Below, one piece after another: positions 52,509-62,305 of a stretch of 64,000 bases of DNA. The DNA is from Candidatus Poribacteria bacterium (GTDB lineage: Bacteria > Poribacteria > WGA-4E > WGA-3G), in assembly GCA_963663765.2 (NCBI GenBank), contig CAXXUA010000004.1:704001-768000 (forward strand). Reading direction: 5' to 3'. The stretch's first letter is position 1. Each line of letters opens with the position of its first letter. The notes under the pieces are model-generated. The model saw only the letters and a list, made by a program, of their open reading frames with translations, was not told where the DNA came from and ran no database searches. Both the position numbers and the translations under genes were made by a program.

Positions 52509-52630
52509 TAGGACTTACGCAGTTTTCATGATTTGATGAAAAATTATGACGAAAATTGTGTAATTTTCAGCATTTTTTCGGTTTCCAGCGCGCCTACAAA
52601 GCACGCCTACAACTGGGTGCGTAAGTCCTG
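52509..52630. mobile_element. MITE with IS701-type ends
   Basis: TAGGACTTACGCA ... TGCGTAAGTCCTG. Confidence 0.7.
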
Positions 52631-52839
52631 TAAAGAAATACTTGATGAGAGACGTAGCCAATGTTGGCACATAATATATTTATGTACACCCCTCACTTAT
52701 CTAATGATTATGAAATTTCTAATAAAAGTGAGTTTGAATATAAGAGATTGGTTCATCATGGGAATTCAATCGAAAGAAAGCAGTTCCAACGTACCCCAAA
52801 ACACCGTCTTTGCTCCAGCGGAGCAATATGTTTATAGTA

Positions 52840-52980
52840 ACGTGAGTTCAAAAATAAAGTTTGAGTTTTTGGTATTTAGAGAACCCTTTTGATATAATGA
52901 AATAATTATCCAACACAAAAGGAGTTCTCTGATGTTTATCATATCACTTTTCTGTAATATTGACGACTTTTTTAACGTCT
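52840..52980 (+). pseudogene. IS982-like left end and transposase start remnant
   Basis: ACGTGAGTTC end, AGGAG RBS, MFIISLFCNIDDFF. Confidence 0.4.
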
Positions 52981-53384
52981 ACTATAGTTTCCTTGTTTTC
53001 GTCCAAACATTTCGGGATCCAGTTGATCAATAAGAGGTTATCAATCCCAGTCCCTATCTGATTTCAAAAGGGATCGAATGGTCTCAAATCACGATACCCT
53101 ACCTTTGAAACCCTCATCATAACTGGGGCACCAGCATTTTCAAGGCAACTTTGGTGTCGGAAAAAGCGATAAAAATCGTAGTTTTTGTTTCCTTTTTCTT
53201 TGAAAGGTCCGTCCAAGTTCTGTGCTACCTTTTGAGGTGTTATTTTCTCAATGCGGGTATGGGTTTGTGTGCGCTCATAGTTGATATGGTTTTCCACATT
53301 CATAGGACAAAAACAAGGTAGTTTGGACAATTTTCTTCCAACATGTGTTGATAAGAAATTGGTTCACCGATTATGTTATCAATC

Positions 53385-53810
53385 TTGAGTTCCGTAGGAA
53401 CGGCATATAAGAATAAACATATCGTCCCTACGGGACTAAAGAGCTTGGAAGGGAACTCGTTTTCTATCAACATATCGTCCCTACGGGACTAAAGAGCTTG
53501 GAAGGGAACTCGTTTTCTATCAACATATCGTCCCTACGGGACTAAAGAGCTGTGGAGTGTATTCTTTTTCTATAAACATATCGTCGCTACCAAATCAACG
53601 CCAAATGCGCCAAATCAACGGTATGAATGCCATTAAGGCATTCCCCATAAGGCATTTGTCGGGACTAAAGAGCTGTTGAGTGTATTCTTTTTCTATAAAC
53701 ATATCGTCGCTACCAAATCAACGCCAAATGCGCGTATGGCATTTGGCGGGACTAAAGATTTGTGTAGGGTTTTCGTTTTCTCTAAACATATCGTCCCTAC
53801 GGGACTAAAT
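53385..53810. repeat. tandem REP-like units AAACATATCGTCCCTACGGGACTAAAGAG with nested inserts
   Basis: Two identical 53-bp units (53416-53521) plus variants, two of them split by CAAATCAACGCCAAATGCGC inserts. Confidence 0.8.
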
Positions 53811-54003
53811 GGTTCACTCGCTAAACAATTATCATATAGAGAACGGACGGAATAGATCCAAAAGCCCCTCACCCTTGATAAGGGGTCAGGGTGGGTTGGA
53901 AATTTAGGAATGTCAAACATAGAATACTGAAATTACTTGGCGAGTTAACGATTTAGGGGTATCATGTGGAGAAACGCAAGATCTAAATACTAAGGAGAAC
54001 AGT

Positions 54004-54747
54004 ATGCACAAATGGACTATCATAATATCGTTTTTACTGGTTTTACTATTTACTGCGATGTTTGCCTACACACATAGTGGGGGCCTTGACGAAAATGGCG
54101 GACACACTAACCATGCAACTGGAGAGTATCATTATCATTCGCAAGGAGACGAAGATATTCCAGCAGTTTCTGATGCCCCACCTGAAACTATTCCTCCAGC
54201 TATACCTTTTCCGGTTAAAGATTTCACTGAATACACGGCTTACAAAGTAATACGTATTGTTGATGGCGATACAGTTAGAATTGATATTGATGGCACAGAA
54301 ACAAGCGTAAGACTTATCGGTGTAGATACACCAGAAACGGTGCATCCGAACAAACCGGAAGAAAAATATGGTAAAGAAGCATCAATATTCATTCATAATC
54401 TTTTAAAAGGTGAATCTGTTTATTTAGATACTGATCCTCAGAACACAACAGATATATTTGGACGGAAGTTAGCATATCTTTACCGTGCGCCTGATGGGTT
54501 GTTCGTGAATTGAGAGATCATACGTCAGGGATATGGATTAGTGTATACAGATTTTCCGTTTGAATATATTGATTTATTTAGGCAATACGGTAAACGCGCA
54601 CGTTTAACCAAGAAAGGTTTATGGTCAGAGCAGGATGTTATACCTAATCCAGGAGGAGAAATATCTAATCCAGCTGATGTAAACGGTGACGGTAAAGTTA
54701 ACATTTTAGACCTTGTCACCGTCGCTAATGCATTTGCCAACAACTGA
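54004..54747 (+). pseudogene. secreted YHYH + thermonuclease (SNase) + dockerin-like protein with internal TGA
   Basis: HSGGLD...EYHYH, VDGDT, RLIGVDTPE, GRKLAY; TGA 54511-54513 in FVN*EIIRQGYG; DVNGDGKVNILDLV. Confidence 0.85.
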
Positions 54748-55150
54748 TGAGTTGGACCGCGCACTTGGTGTTAATTTTTCTTGAACTTGTAGCGAGTAAG
54801 AGCTAATAATTCAAAGTAAATGGAGATCTGAAGCAGTAAGAAAAGGATACAAATAATCTCTCTTTCTTTCCTATTTGACCAAATCCTTATGTTTTACTCA
54901 CTATGACTTCTTTTAAAGGAAGTTTTACTTTACAAACTATATTTTCTCTGTTTAAATGGCGTCTACCGGTCATGGCGCATCCTTAAATTGACACCTAATT
55001 AACACCTATGGGTATTCCCCTGGCTGCTTGCACAACAGGTCTAAATCCTTAAATTGATGCTGATGTGTATCCCTCGCGATCGCTCTTACAAAAACACCTT
55101 GACAAACTGATTCTTTTTTGTAAAAAAATGTGAAAAAATTATAAATTTAC

Positions 55151-55179
55151 TTGACATTTGTAAATTCAGTGAGTATAAT
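55151..55179 (+). promoter_or_regulatory. consensus sigma70 promoter of the iron-uptake locus
   Basis: TTGACA-17 bp-TATAAT. Confidence 0.75.
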
Positions 55180-55282
55180 TAACAAAACTTGTGCATTATT
55201 TTTTGAAATTAGTGCAATTATATACAGGGTTATTCAGTTTTAAAAGTTTTCTGTTTTAGGTTAGTAATTTAGTATACTTTAG

Positions 55283-55301
55283 GATAATGAGAATCATTAT
55301 C
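55283..55301. promoter_or_regulatory. Fur box
   Basis: GATAATGAGAATCATTATC, 18/19 match to the GATAATGATAATCATTATC consensus. Confidence 0.85.
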
Positions 55302-55358
55302 AATACAATCAGCATTTTCTTACCTAACCTAAGTTGAAAGTTGAGTTTTGATAACTTT

Positions 55359-55391
55359 ATATTATGATATTGAATCTCAATATCATAATAT
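55359..55391. promoter_or_regulatory. second Fur-like palindromic operator
   Basis: Perfect 15-bp inverted repeat ATATTATGATATTGA-atc-TCAATATCATAATAT just before the start codon. Confidence 0.65.
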
Positions 55392-55407
55392 GTTTTGATA
55401 AATTATT

Positions 55408-56622
55408 ATGATAACACGATTTAATATTCCATTAATTCTGGGATTGTGTTTCATGTTTAGCATCAATGCTGATGCAGATACAAATCCGTTTTCAGTTTCT
55501 GGTTATGGTGTAATCAACTATGCACATTATGATTGGGACTTAGATCCAAACAGGCGCGCATCAATTGACATAGAACGTTTTGTTGTTGCTCCAAAATACC
55601 AAATCAGTGACATAATCCGACTTGAAGCGGAAATAGAGTTTGAACACGGTGGTACTGGCAGCACTATGGAATTTGACAAATTCGAAGAATTCGGTGAATT
55701 TGAGATGGAGATTGAAAAAGGTGACGAAGTCATTGTAGAAAAACTCGCTGCTGTTTTTTCATTACACCCATATCTCAATTTCCGCGTTGGACATATAATT
55801 GTTCCCGTTGGACTTGTTTCAAAAAGACACAGACCACAACACTACTTTACCACAACCCGACCCGAAGCAGAAACTCATCTCATTCCGACCATTTGGCACG
55901 AGACAGGAGTTGAAACATTTGGCTCCTTCGGTCCATTGTATTATCAGGTACAAATAGTCAACGGGTTGGATTCTACTGGATTTAGTTCCCGTCATTGGAT
56001 AGTACCTGGACGCCAATTACGATTTGAGACGGTCAACGCTGAAGCACCTGCATTCGTCGGTCGGCTTGAATATGTGTTTGATGAGAATGTAACCGTTGGT
56101 GTATCTGGCTACTTTGGAGACTCAGCTGCAAATCGTCCAAAACCAGACGTAGATTTTGACGCACACGTCAGTATCCTGAGTGTTCACGGGTTTTACGAGT
56201 TAAATGCTTTGAAAGTGAGAGGGTTGTTCTTGTGGGGCGCACTTCAAAACGCTGATAAATTGTCAAGAGTCAACCGATCTCTTTCAAATAATCTGAATGT
56301 AAAACGTACCCCCTTAGGCAGCTCAGCATTGGGTTGGTACATTGAAGCAGGATATGATGTATTATCATTTCTTACAAACGCTGATACATACTTTCAAGAA
56401 TTGGATGTATTTGCACGTTTTGATTATTATGATACTATGGCAAGTGTAGAAGGAATTATCTTTGACAACCCACGTTGGGAAAGAGCTACCTGGACATTTG
56501 GCGTAAATTACCATGTTCACCCAAAGATGGTTTTCAAATGTCATTATTCATTACGCAGATTAGCTGAAATAGATGAAAACAAAGAAAATACTTTTTCACT
56601 TGGTCTCGGTTTTCAATACTAA
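55408..56622 (+). CDS. outer-membrane beta-barrel (porin-like), iron-regulated
   Basis: Signal peptide, EIEFEHGG, IPTIWHETG, C-terminal LGLGFQY. Confidence 0.78.
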   Translation: MITRFNIPLILGLCFMFSINADADTNPFSVSGYGVINYAHYDWDLDPNRRASIDIERFVVAPKYQISDIIRLEAEIEFEHGGTGSTMEFDKFEEFGEFEMEIEKGDEVIVEKLAAVFSLHPYLNFRVGHIIVPVGLVSKRHRPQHYFTTTRPEAETHLIPTIWHETGVETFGSFGPLYYQVQIVNGLDSTGFSSRHWIVPGRQLRFETVNAEAPAFVGRLEYVFDENVTVGVSGYFGDSAANRPKPDVDFDAHVSILSVHGFYELNALKVRGLFLWGALQNADKLSRVNRSLSNNLNVKRTPLGSSALGWYIEAGYDVLSFLTNADTYFQELDVFARFDYYDTMASVEGIIFDNPRWERATWTFGVNYHVHPKMVFKCHYSLRRLAEIDENKENTFSLGLGFQY

Positions 56623-56672
56623 CAAATAATATTGCGGTTAAACACCGCAGAAAAAAATAAAATGGAGACATT

Positions 56673-57767
56673 ATGAAGATCTATATTATGAAGATCTATA
56701 AAGTTTGGACATTGTTCTGTTTTTTCCTATTAGCAATCTCGCTTGTTATAGGATGTGATGGTGATGAAGACGAACAAGATGATGATGCAGCATTCAATGC
56801 AAGTGCAATGTTAGATGATTTCGCTAATACTGTTATATTGGCTACATATACCGATTTGGATAACAAAGCAGGAGAACTACTGGCAGCTGTTAACACATTA
56901 GCAGAAGAAAACACTCAAGCAAATCTCGTAAATGCACAACAAGCATGGGTCGCTACAAGAACGCCTTGGGAACAGAGCGAAGCCTTCTTATTTGGTCCTG
57001 TTGACACACAAGGTCTTGATCCCGCTTTAGATAGTTGGCCCGTTAATCAAGTTGATTTACAACAGGTCTTGGATGGTGACGATGAATTAACTAAAGAACA
57101 TGTCGCTGGATTAGAAGAGACACTGAAGGGTTTTCACACTATTGAATTTCTGCTGTTCCGCAATGGTGATCAACGAATAGCATCAGATATAACAGTTCGT
57201 GAAATGCAATACCTTGTTTCAACGACAGAGATTCTAAAAGATAGTACTTTACAACTGAAACTTGCTTGGACACAAGAAGGTGAAAATTTTAGCAATACTA
57301 TAACTACTGCTGGGGAAGGAAATCCTGTCTATCCGTCACAAAGTTCAGCAGTACAGGAAATGGTTAACGGTATGATCACTATTGCTGATGAAGTTGCGAA
57401 TGGAAAAATATCCGATCCATTTACCGAATCGAATACAACACTCGTAGAATCACAATTCAGTTACAACTCTATATCAGACTTCCAAGATAACATACGCGGA
57501 ATTCAGAATGTTTACATGGGTAAATACGAAAGTGATGGGGAAGGACTAAATGAATTTGTGAAAAGTCAGGATGCTGACTTAGATAGCAGATTTCAGACTG
57601 AAATACAAACTGCTATTGACACAATCGGTGCAATTCCTAAACCTTTCCGAGAGTCAATTACAACACACCGTCCAGATGTTCAGGATGCTATTGATGCTGT
57701 TAGTACTGTTCATTTAACACTTCAACAGGACATTCTTCCACTTATTCAAAGAAGTGAGTTTAATTAA
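56673..57767 (+). CDS. imelysin-like (peptidase M75 / IrpA) iron-uptake lipoprotein
   Basis: Lipobox VIGC; WEQSEAFLFGP, LDSWP, GFHTIEF, EVANGKI, ESQFSYNS. Confidence 0.9.
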   Translation: MKIYIMKIYKVWTLFCFFLLAISLVIGCDGDEDEQDDDAAFNASAMLDDFANTVILATYTDLDNKAGELLAAVNTLAEENTQANLVNAQQAWVATRTPWEQSEAFLFGPVDTQGLDPALDSWPVNQVDLQQVLDGDDELTKEHVAGLEETLKGFHTIEFLLFRNGDQRIASDITVREMQYLVSTTEILKDSTLQLKLAWTQEGENFSNTITTAGEGNPVYPSQSSAVQEMVNGMITIADEVANGKISDPFTESNTTLVESQFSYNSISDFQDNIRGIQNVYMGKYESDGEGLNEFVKSQDADLDSRFQTEIQTAIDTIGAIPKPFRESITTHRPDVQDAIDAVSTVHLTLQQDILPLIQRSEFN

Positions 57768-58057
57768 TACTGGTGTCATTTATCATAAACGATTAAAAGT
57801 TTCAACATTATACCATTTCTAATAGATTCTATAGCATAATATTGTAGGTAGTGGTTAGCAGAGAGACCTTCACCACATAATACCAAATTAACCTAAATTG
57901 TAGGGTGGGTCTCTGTATCCATCCGTGTTCTCGGCACAAAAACAATACGAATCACGTTAATTTGGAATAAGATGATATCTGGTTTTTAATGTCGTAGGTC
58001 GCATCTAAACTCCGACTCATGAAAAAATTATTTAGGCTGTCTATCAATTAGAAAGAA

Positions 58058-59479
58058 ATGGAATTACAGATGGAAAAAATGAAAGTTAATTTAACGATTT
58101 TTTACTTCGTTTTACTCTTAGTGCTGATTAACGGATGCGAATTAAATCGCTCATCCGAGAATTTGTCCTCTACTCCAATAAATGCAACTGGGGCATTGTC
58201 TGGTGGAGATACAACAATCTTTGACGCAACAAGTCATGCGTTTTCACAACCTGCACCCAATCTGTCTCCTGCTGCACTTGATGAACATTTAGAAGGGGAT
58301 GTAGAATTTGAAGCAGTCTTTGTAACTGCACCTGCAGTTGTGAATCCCGGTTTAGGACCTATATATAATAATGTATCTTGTATCAATTGCCATAGTCGTG
58401 ATGGTAGAGGACGACCCCCAGATATGGATGAAAAATTGGTTTCAATGTTGTTCAGACTTAGTCTTCCAAATTCTGGAAATGAGGAGTCTGGAAACTCACC
58501 TATTCCTGTTCCCGGTTTTGGTACACAGTTGAATAATCGTGCTATCTATGGTACACCTGCTGAAGGTTCAGTCAAGATTGATTATACAGAACAACCATTG
58601 ACTTTACAAGACGGTACGCGAGTACACCTTCGCTATCCAAATTACTCTCTTACTAATACCTATCACCCATTACCTGATGACTTACAAGTATCACCACGAG
58701 TAGCACCTGTCGTTTTTGGTCTCGGTTTATTGGAAGCAATTCCTGAAGAGACAATACTTGAAAACGCAGATGAGAATGATAACAACGGAGATGGAATTTC
58801 TGGAAAACCGAACTATGTTTGGGATGTAGTCAACAAAACTTATGCTCTGGGTCGTTTTGGATGGAAAGCAAATCAGCCGAACCTGCTTCAGCAGGTCGCT
58901 TCTGCATATCATGATGATATGGGGATAACGACTTCATTGTTCCCATTAGAAAATTCTACAGGACAATCTCAACTAAAGCAAAACAAACCAACACCTGAGG
59001 TGAGTGACGAGATTTTAGATGTAGTGACATTTTATGTGCAAACTTTAGCAGTTCCTGCTCGTAGGGATGTTGAAGATCCTCAGGTCAAACAAGGTGAGAG
59101 ACTCTTTGCACAAGCACAATGTTTAGATTGTCATATTCCTACATTGAGAACAGGTGTGTTAACAGGTGTTCCTTCTGTCAGCAATCAAACAATTCACCCC
59201 TATACAGATTTATTGTTACACGACATGGGACCCGATTTAGCAGACAATCGTCCTGATTTCCAAGCAAGTGGCTATGAATGGCGAACACCCCCATTATGGG
59301 GTATTGGTTTGGTTAGAACTGTCAATGGTCATACTAATTTCTTGCATGATGGAAGAGCAAGAGACTTAATGGAAGCAATACTCTGGCACGGAGGAGAAGC
59401 TGAAAAATCACGTGAAATTATTTTGGAGATGTCAAAGTCTGAACGTGATGCACTAATCGCGTTTTTAGAATCTTTGTAG
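58058..59479 (+). CDS. di-heme oxidoreductase family (DUF1111/DHOR)
   Basis: GLGPIYN..SCINCH, GRFGWKA, CLDCH, DLLLHDMG, WRTPPLWGIG, LHDGRA. Confidence 0.9.
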   Translation: MELQMEKMKVNLTIFYFVLLLVLINGCELNRSSENLSSTPINATGALSGGDTTIFDATSHAFSQPAPNLSPAALDEHLEGDVEFEAVFVTAPAVVNPGLGPIYNNVSCINCHSRDGRGRPPDMDEKLVSMLFRLSLPNSGNEESGNSPIPVPGFGTQLNNRAIYGTPAEGSVKIDYTEQPLTLQDGTRVHLRYPNYSLTNTYHPLPDDLQVSPRVAPVVFGLGLLEAIPEETILENADENDNNGDGISGKPNYVWDVVNKTYALGRFGWKANQPNLLQQVASAYHDDMGITTSLFPLENSTGQSQLKQNKPTPEVSDEILDVVTFYVQTLAVPARRDVEDPQVKQGERLFAQAQCLDCHIPTLRTGVLTGVPSVSNQTIHPYTDLLLHDMGPDLADNRPDFQASGYEWRTPPLWGIGLVRTVNGHTNFLHDGRARDLMEAILWHGGEAEKSREIILEMSKSERDALIAFLESL

Positions 59480-59778
59480 TAGATAAACATAAGGTTGAAG
59501 CAGATGAACGAAAGTATTCTTATTTTCTATGGATTGATTACATATCAAAAAATTGAGTTACAGTTGCATGGTGTACTTTGAAATCAGTATTGAAAAAAAG
59601 CTGTTAACTAATATCTACGGTATAACGTTTAATATATTACAGCATCCAGATTGAAATCCTTGGGTAATACCGAACTTGAGTTTTGTATAGAATTGATCAA
59701 AATATTATTACACAATGCTGTGTTTTATTGAATTATTCACTAAATATTTACATAACCTAATTACTGAATGGAGAAATC

Positions 59779-60234
59779 ATGGATCAAGAAAAAAGAGACG
59801 AACTCATAGAAGAACTGATCAAAGTATACTGGATGGAGTTGGAAGCGACTATAAATTATCTTGCCATATCTGTTGATTTAGATGGAATCCGTGCGGAGGA
59901 GATAAAAAAATCGTTAGCAGAAGATATTCAAACTGAAATTACCCATGCCCAGGACCTTGCTTCGCGTATCAAGGAGATAGGTGGTAGTGTTCCCGGTTCC
60001 TTTGAATTTAAACCTGTTCAAGCCTCACTTCAACCACCAGAGGATACTACTGATGTAGTGTCAGCAATTCACGGAGTTATAGAAGCAGAAGACCAAGCGA
60101 TTGAGCAGTATAATAAAATAATCCGTTTATGTGATGGTTTAGACTACGTTACACAAGATCTCTGCATTAGATTGCTTGCAGATGAAGAGACACATCGCAG
60201 GGAATTCAGGGGTTTTCTGAAGGAATATGAATAA
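59779..60234 (+). CDS. ferritin-like domain protein
   Basis: ELE..., EITHA, EAEDQAIEQY, DEETH di-iron pattern. Confidence 0.85.
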   Translation: MDQEKRDELIEELIKVYWMELEATINYLAISVDLDGIRAEEIKKSLAEDIQTEITHAQDLASRIKEIGGSVPGSFEFKPVQASLQPPEDTTDVVSAIHGVIEAEDQAIEQYNKIIRLCDGLDYVTQDLCIRLLADEETHRREFRGFLKEYE

Positions 60235-60360
60235 GAACAGCTTAAATTCACAGATAGAACTACAGTATATCTCATAAGTGCAAATTTGTCTAAATTCACC
60301 GGATCGCGTGTTGTATAATTCAAGGTTAAAAACCCCATCTACGATTTATGAGATATACTG

Positions 60361-60398
60361 AAAAAGAACATCGGGTGGTATTTCCCGATGTTCTTTTT
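60361..60398. terminator. bidirectional intrinsic terminator
   Basis: AAAAAGAACATCGGG-loop-CCCGATGTTCTTTTT between convergent genes. Confidence 0.75.
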
Positions 60399-61033
60399 TA
60401 TTCTGGGTCTACTGCTTTTTTAAGTTTCATTACTGGTATTGAAGTGTAAGTGGAATTAAGTTCCATTGAGTTTTCCTCAATAGTGCAAATGGACTTCTTA
60501 AAGGGTGTAAAGATATTTAAGTTAAATCCCATGAGCAATTCTTGATATGCTGATTCCTTATCCCCATCGAATGCACTTTCAATAAAGTCTTCTGGCATTG
60601 CGGAAATGTCTAAATCTGTATTTTCAGTTTCTAATGTCAATTGAGAGGATGTAAGAGTGTAAGTACCGGTCAGCATTCCTGCAATTGTGATATTACCTTC
60701 AGTGTCTTGTGTTTCAGGAAAATCATGCATTTCTGCATCAATATTCATAGACCATGTATCTTCTTCTGTAAAACTGTAGGATAAAGTTTCAACCTTTATT
60801 TTAGGTCTCTCTTCTTCATCAGGTTCATTTTCATTAATGAAGTAAAGCGGTGGTTTGCCATTGATGGTAATAATATTCCAAGTTCCAATCAGTTCTTCAA
60901 TAGAAACCGTTGGAGCAGTAATTGGTGGTTCAACTATGGGTTTTTCTGTTGTATCTTCATCCTCTCCACATCCAATCATAGTCATAGTGAATAGACAAAA
61001 CAGTAGAATTAGGTTTGGTATTAATTTTTGCAT
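60398..61033 (-). CDS. lipoprotein, lipocalin-like beta-barrel
   Basis: Lipobox MIGC; ELIGTWNI. Confidence 0.6.
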   Translation of the reverse strand: MQKLIPNLILLFCLFTMTMIGCGEDEDTTEKPIVEPPITAPTVSIEELIGTWNIITINGKPPLYFINENEPDEEERPKIKVETLSYSFTEEDTWSMNIDAEMHDFPETQDTEGNITIAGMLTGTYTLTSSQLTLETENTDLDISAMPEDFIESAFDGDKESAYQELLMGFNLNIFTPFKKSICTIEENSMELNSTYTSIPVMKLKKAVDPE

Positions 61034-61225
61034 TTTTTATTCTCCAATAGTAAGATTAACAATATTACATTTAGTTAGTAAGATTAACAATAATAAATTT
61101 AGTTGAAGTATGGGTCGATATTAATTAATATTTTTGTAATAATAGATTTTGTCCTGCGATACCTGCCATCACATTGGTGTTTTATTACTACCTGATTATA
61201 GTTCTACAGTGGAAATGTCTTATGT

Positions 61226-62305
61226 TTACTGTGTTTGGTAGACTTTTTCACGTGTGTGGAATCCGCTTTCAATGATAACTTCGTCAAGGTTGTCTTTATC
61301 AACTTGGATGGGTATAAGTATGATGGATGGTACATCGATTTTGCCGTTGTTGACGGTCTGATTTGCATTTTCAAGGGTTTCCCCTTTTGCAAGTGCGACA
61401 GCAGCTTTTGCTGCTACAGTAGCGATGGTTGGTATGGGTTTGTATACGGTCATTGTTTGTGTGCCTTTTACAATACGTTGGCATGCTCCTAAATCAGCAT
61501 CTTGTCCAGAAACAAGGACACTACCTGCAAGATTTTGTCCCTCAAGAGCTGTTACTACACTACCTGCTGTGCCATCATTGGATGCCACGACAGCGTCAAT
61601 CTGGTTGTTCGTCTGTGTTAAAACTTGTTCAGTAATGTCAAGAGCTTCATTTTTGTCCCAATCGACAACCCAATGCTTGCCATCAGCAACTAACTTTATA
61701 TCCCCACTATCTATTGCAGGTTGCAAAGCGCGAAGTTGTCCTTCTCGTAGAAGATGAGCGTTATTATCACCAGGGTCTCCACCGAGTAGGAAGTAATTCC
61801 CTTTGGGTTTTTTACGGAATAGATATTCCGCCTGCATATATCCGACCTGTTTATTGTCAAAGGATATATATAGATCTGGTTCACTCTCTCGGATTAATCT
61901 ATCGTAAGCGATGACTTTGATGCCTTCAGCATGTGCGGATTTTACAATCTGTGATGATGCAACACTATCTATTGGAATTACGACAAGGACATCTACGTCT
62001 TGGGTAATCATGTTTTCAGCTTGTTGGTTCTGTATATTAGGGTCATCATCTGCGGATTGCACAATTACTTCTGCACCGAGTTTTTTAGCTTCTGCAATGA
62101 AAAAATCTCTATCTTTCTGCCATCGTTCAACGCGTAAGGAACCTATTGACAAACCGATTTTGATTTTATTATCAGTTTTGTCTGTGCAGCCTATTAACAT
62201 TGTAGTACAGCACATTACAAAAAGGATGTGGAGTGCTAATGATCTTATTGCCAAACATCTCAATTGATACATAGATTGTTTTTTATTGAATTTCACTGTT
62301 ATCAT
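61226..62305 (-). CDS. xylF: D-xylose ABC transporter substrate-binding protein
   Basis: ERWQKDRD, IAYDRLI, GDNNA, ASNDGTA, SGQDAD, QTMTVYKPI; the true start may be later. Confidence 0.85.
   Translation of the reverse strand: MITVKFNKKQSMYQLRCLAIRSLALHILFVMCCTTMLIGCTDKTDNKIKIGLSIGSLRVERWQKDRDFFIAEAKKLGAEVIVQSADDDPNIQNQQAENMITQDVDVLVVIPIDSVASSQIVKSAHAEGIKVIAYDRLIRESEPDLYISFDNKQVGYMQAEYLFRKKPKGNYFLLGGDPGDNNAHLLREGQLRALQPAIDSGDIKLVADGKHWVVDWDKNEALDITEQVLTQTNNQIDAVVASNDGTAGSVVTALEGQNLAGSVLVSGQDADLGACQRIVKGTQTMTVYKPIPTIATVAAKAAVALAKGETLENANQTVNNGKIDVPSIILIPIQVDKDNLDEVIIESGFHTREKVYQTQ

Noticed and set aside
53385-53810. Second CRISPR array
   Set aside because: Linkers are identical or related rather than unique, and the unit is dispersed elsewhere (13.6 kb).
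52533-53920. ORFs 52533-52892, 53064-53330 and 53693-53920
   Set aside because: They span MITE, REP and IS-remnant DNA and have no recognisable motifs.
54511-54513. Selenocysteine TGA in the thermonuclease gene
   Set aside because: The position corresponds to a hydrophobic residue in FVNxEIIRQG, not Cys, and I see no SECIS-like hairpin.
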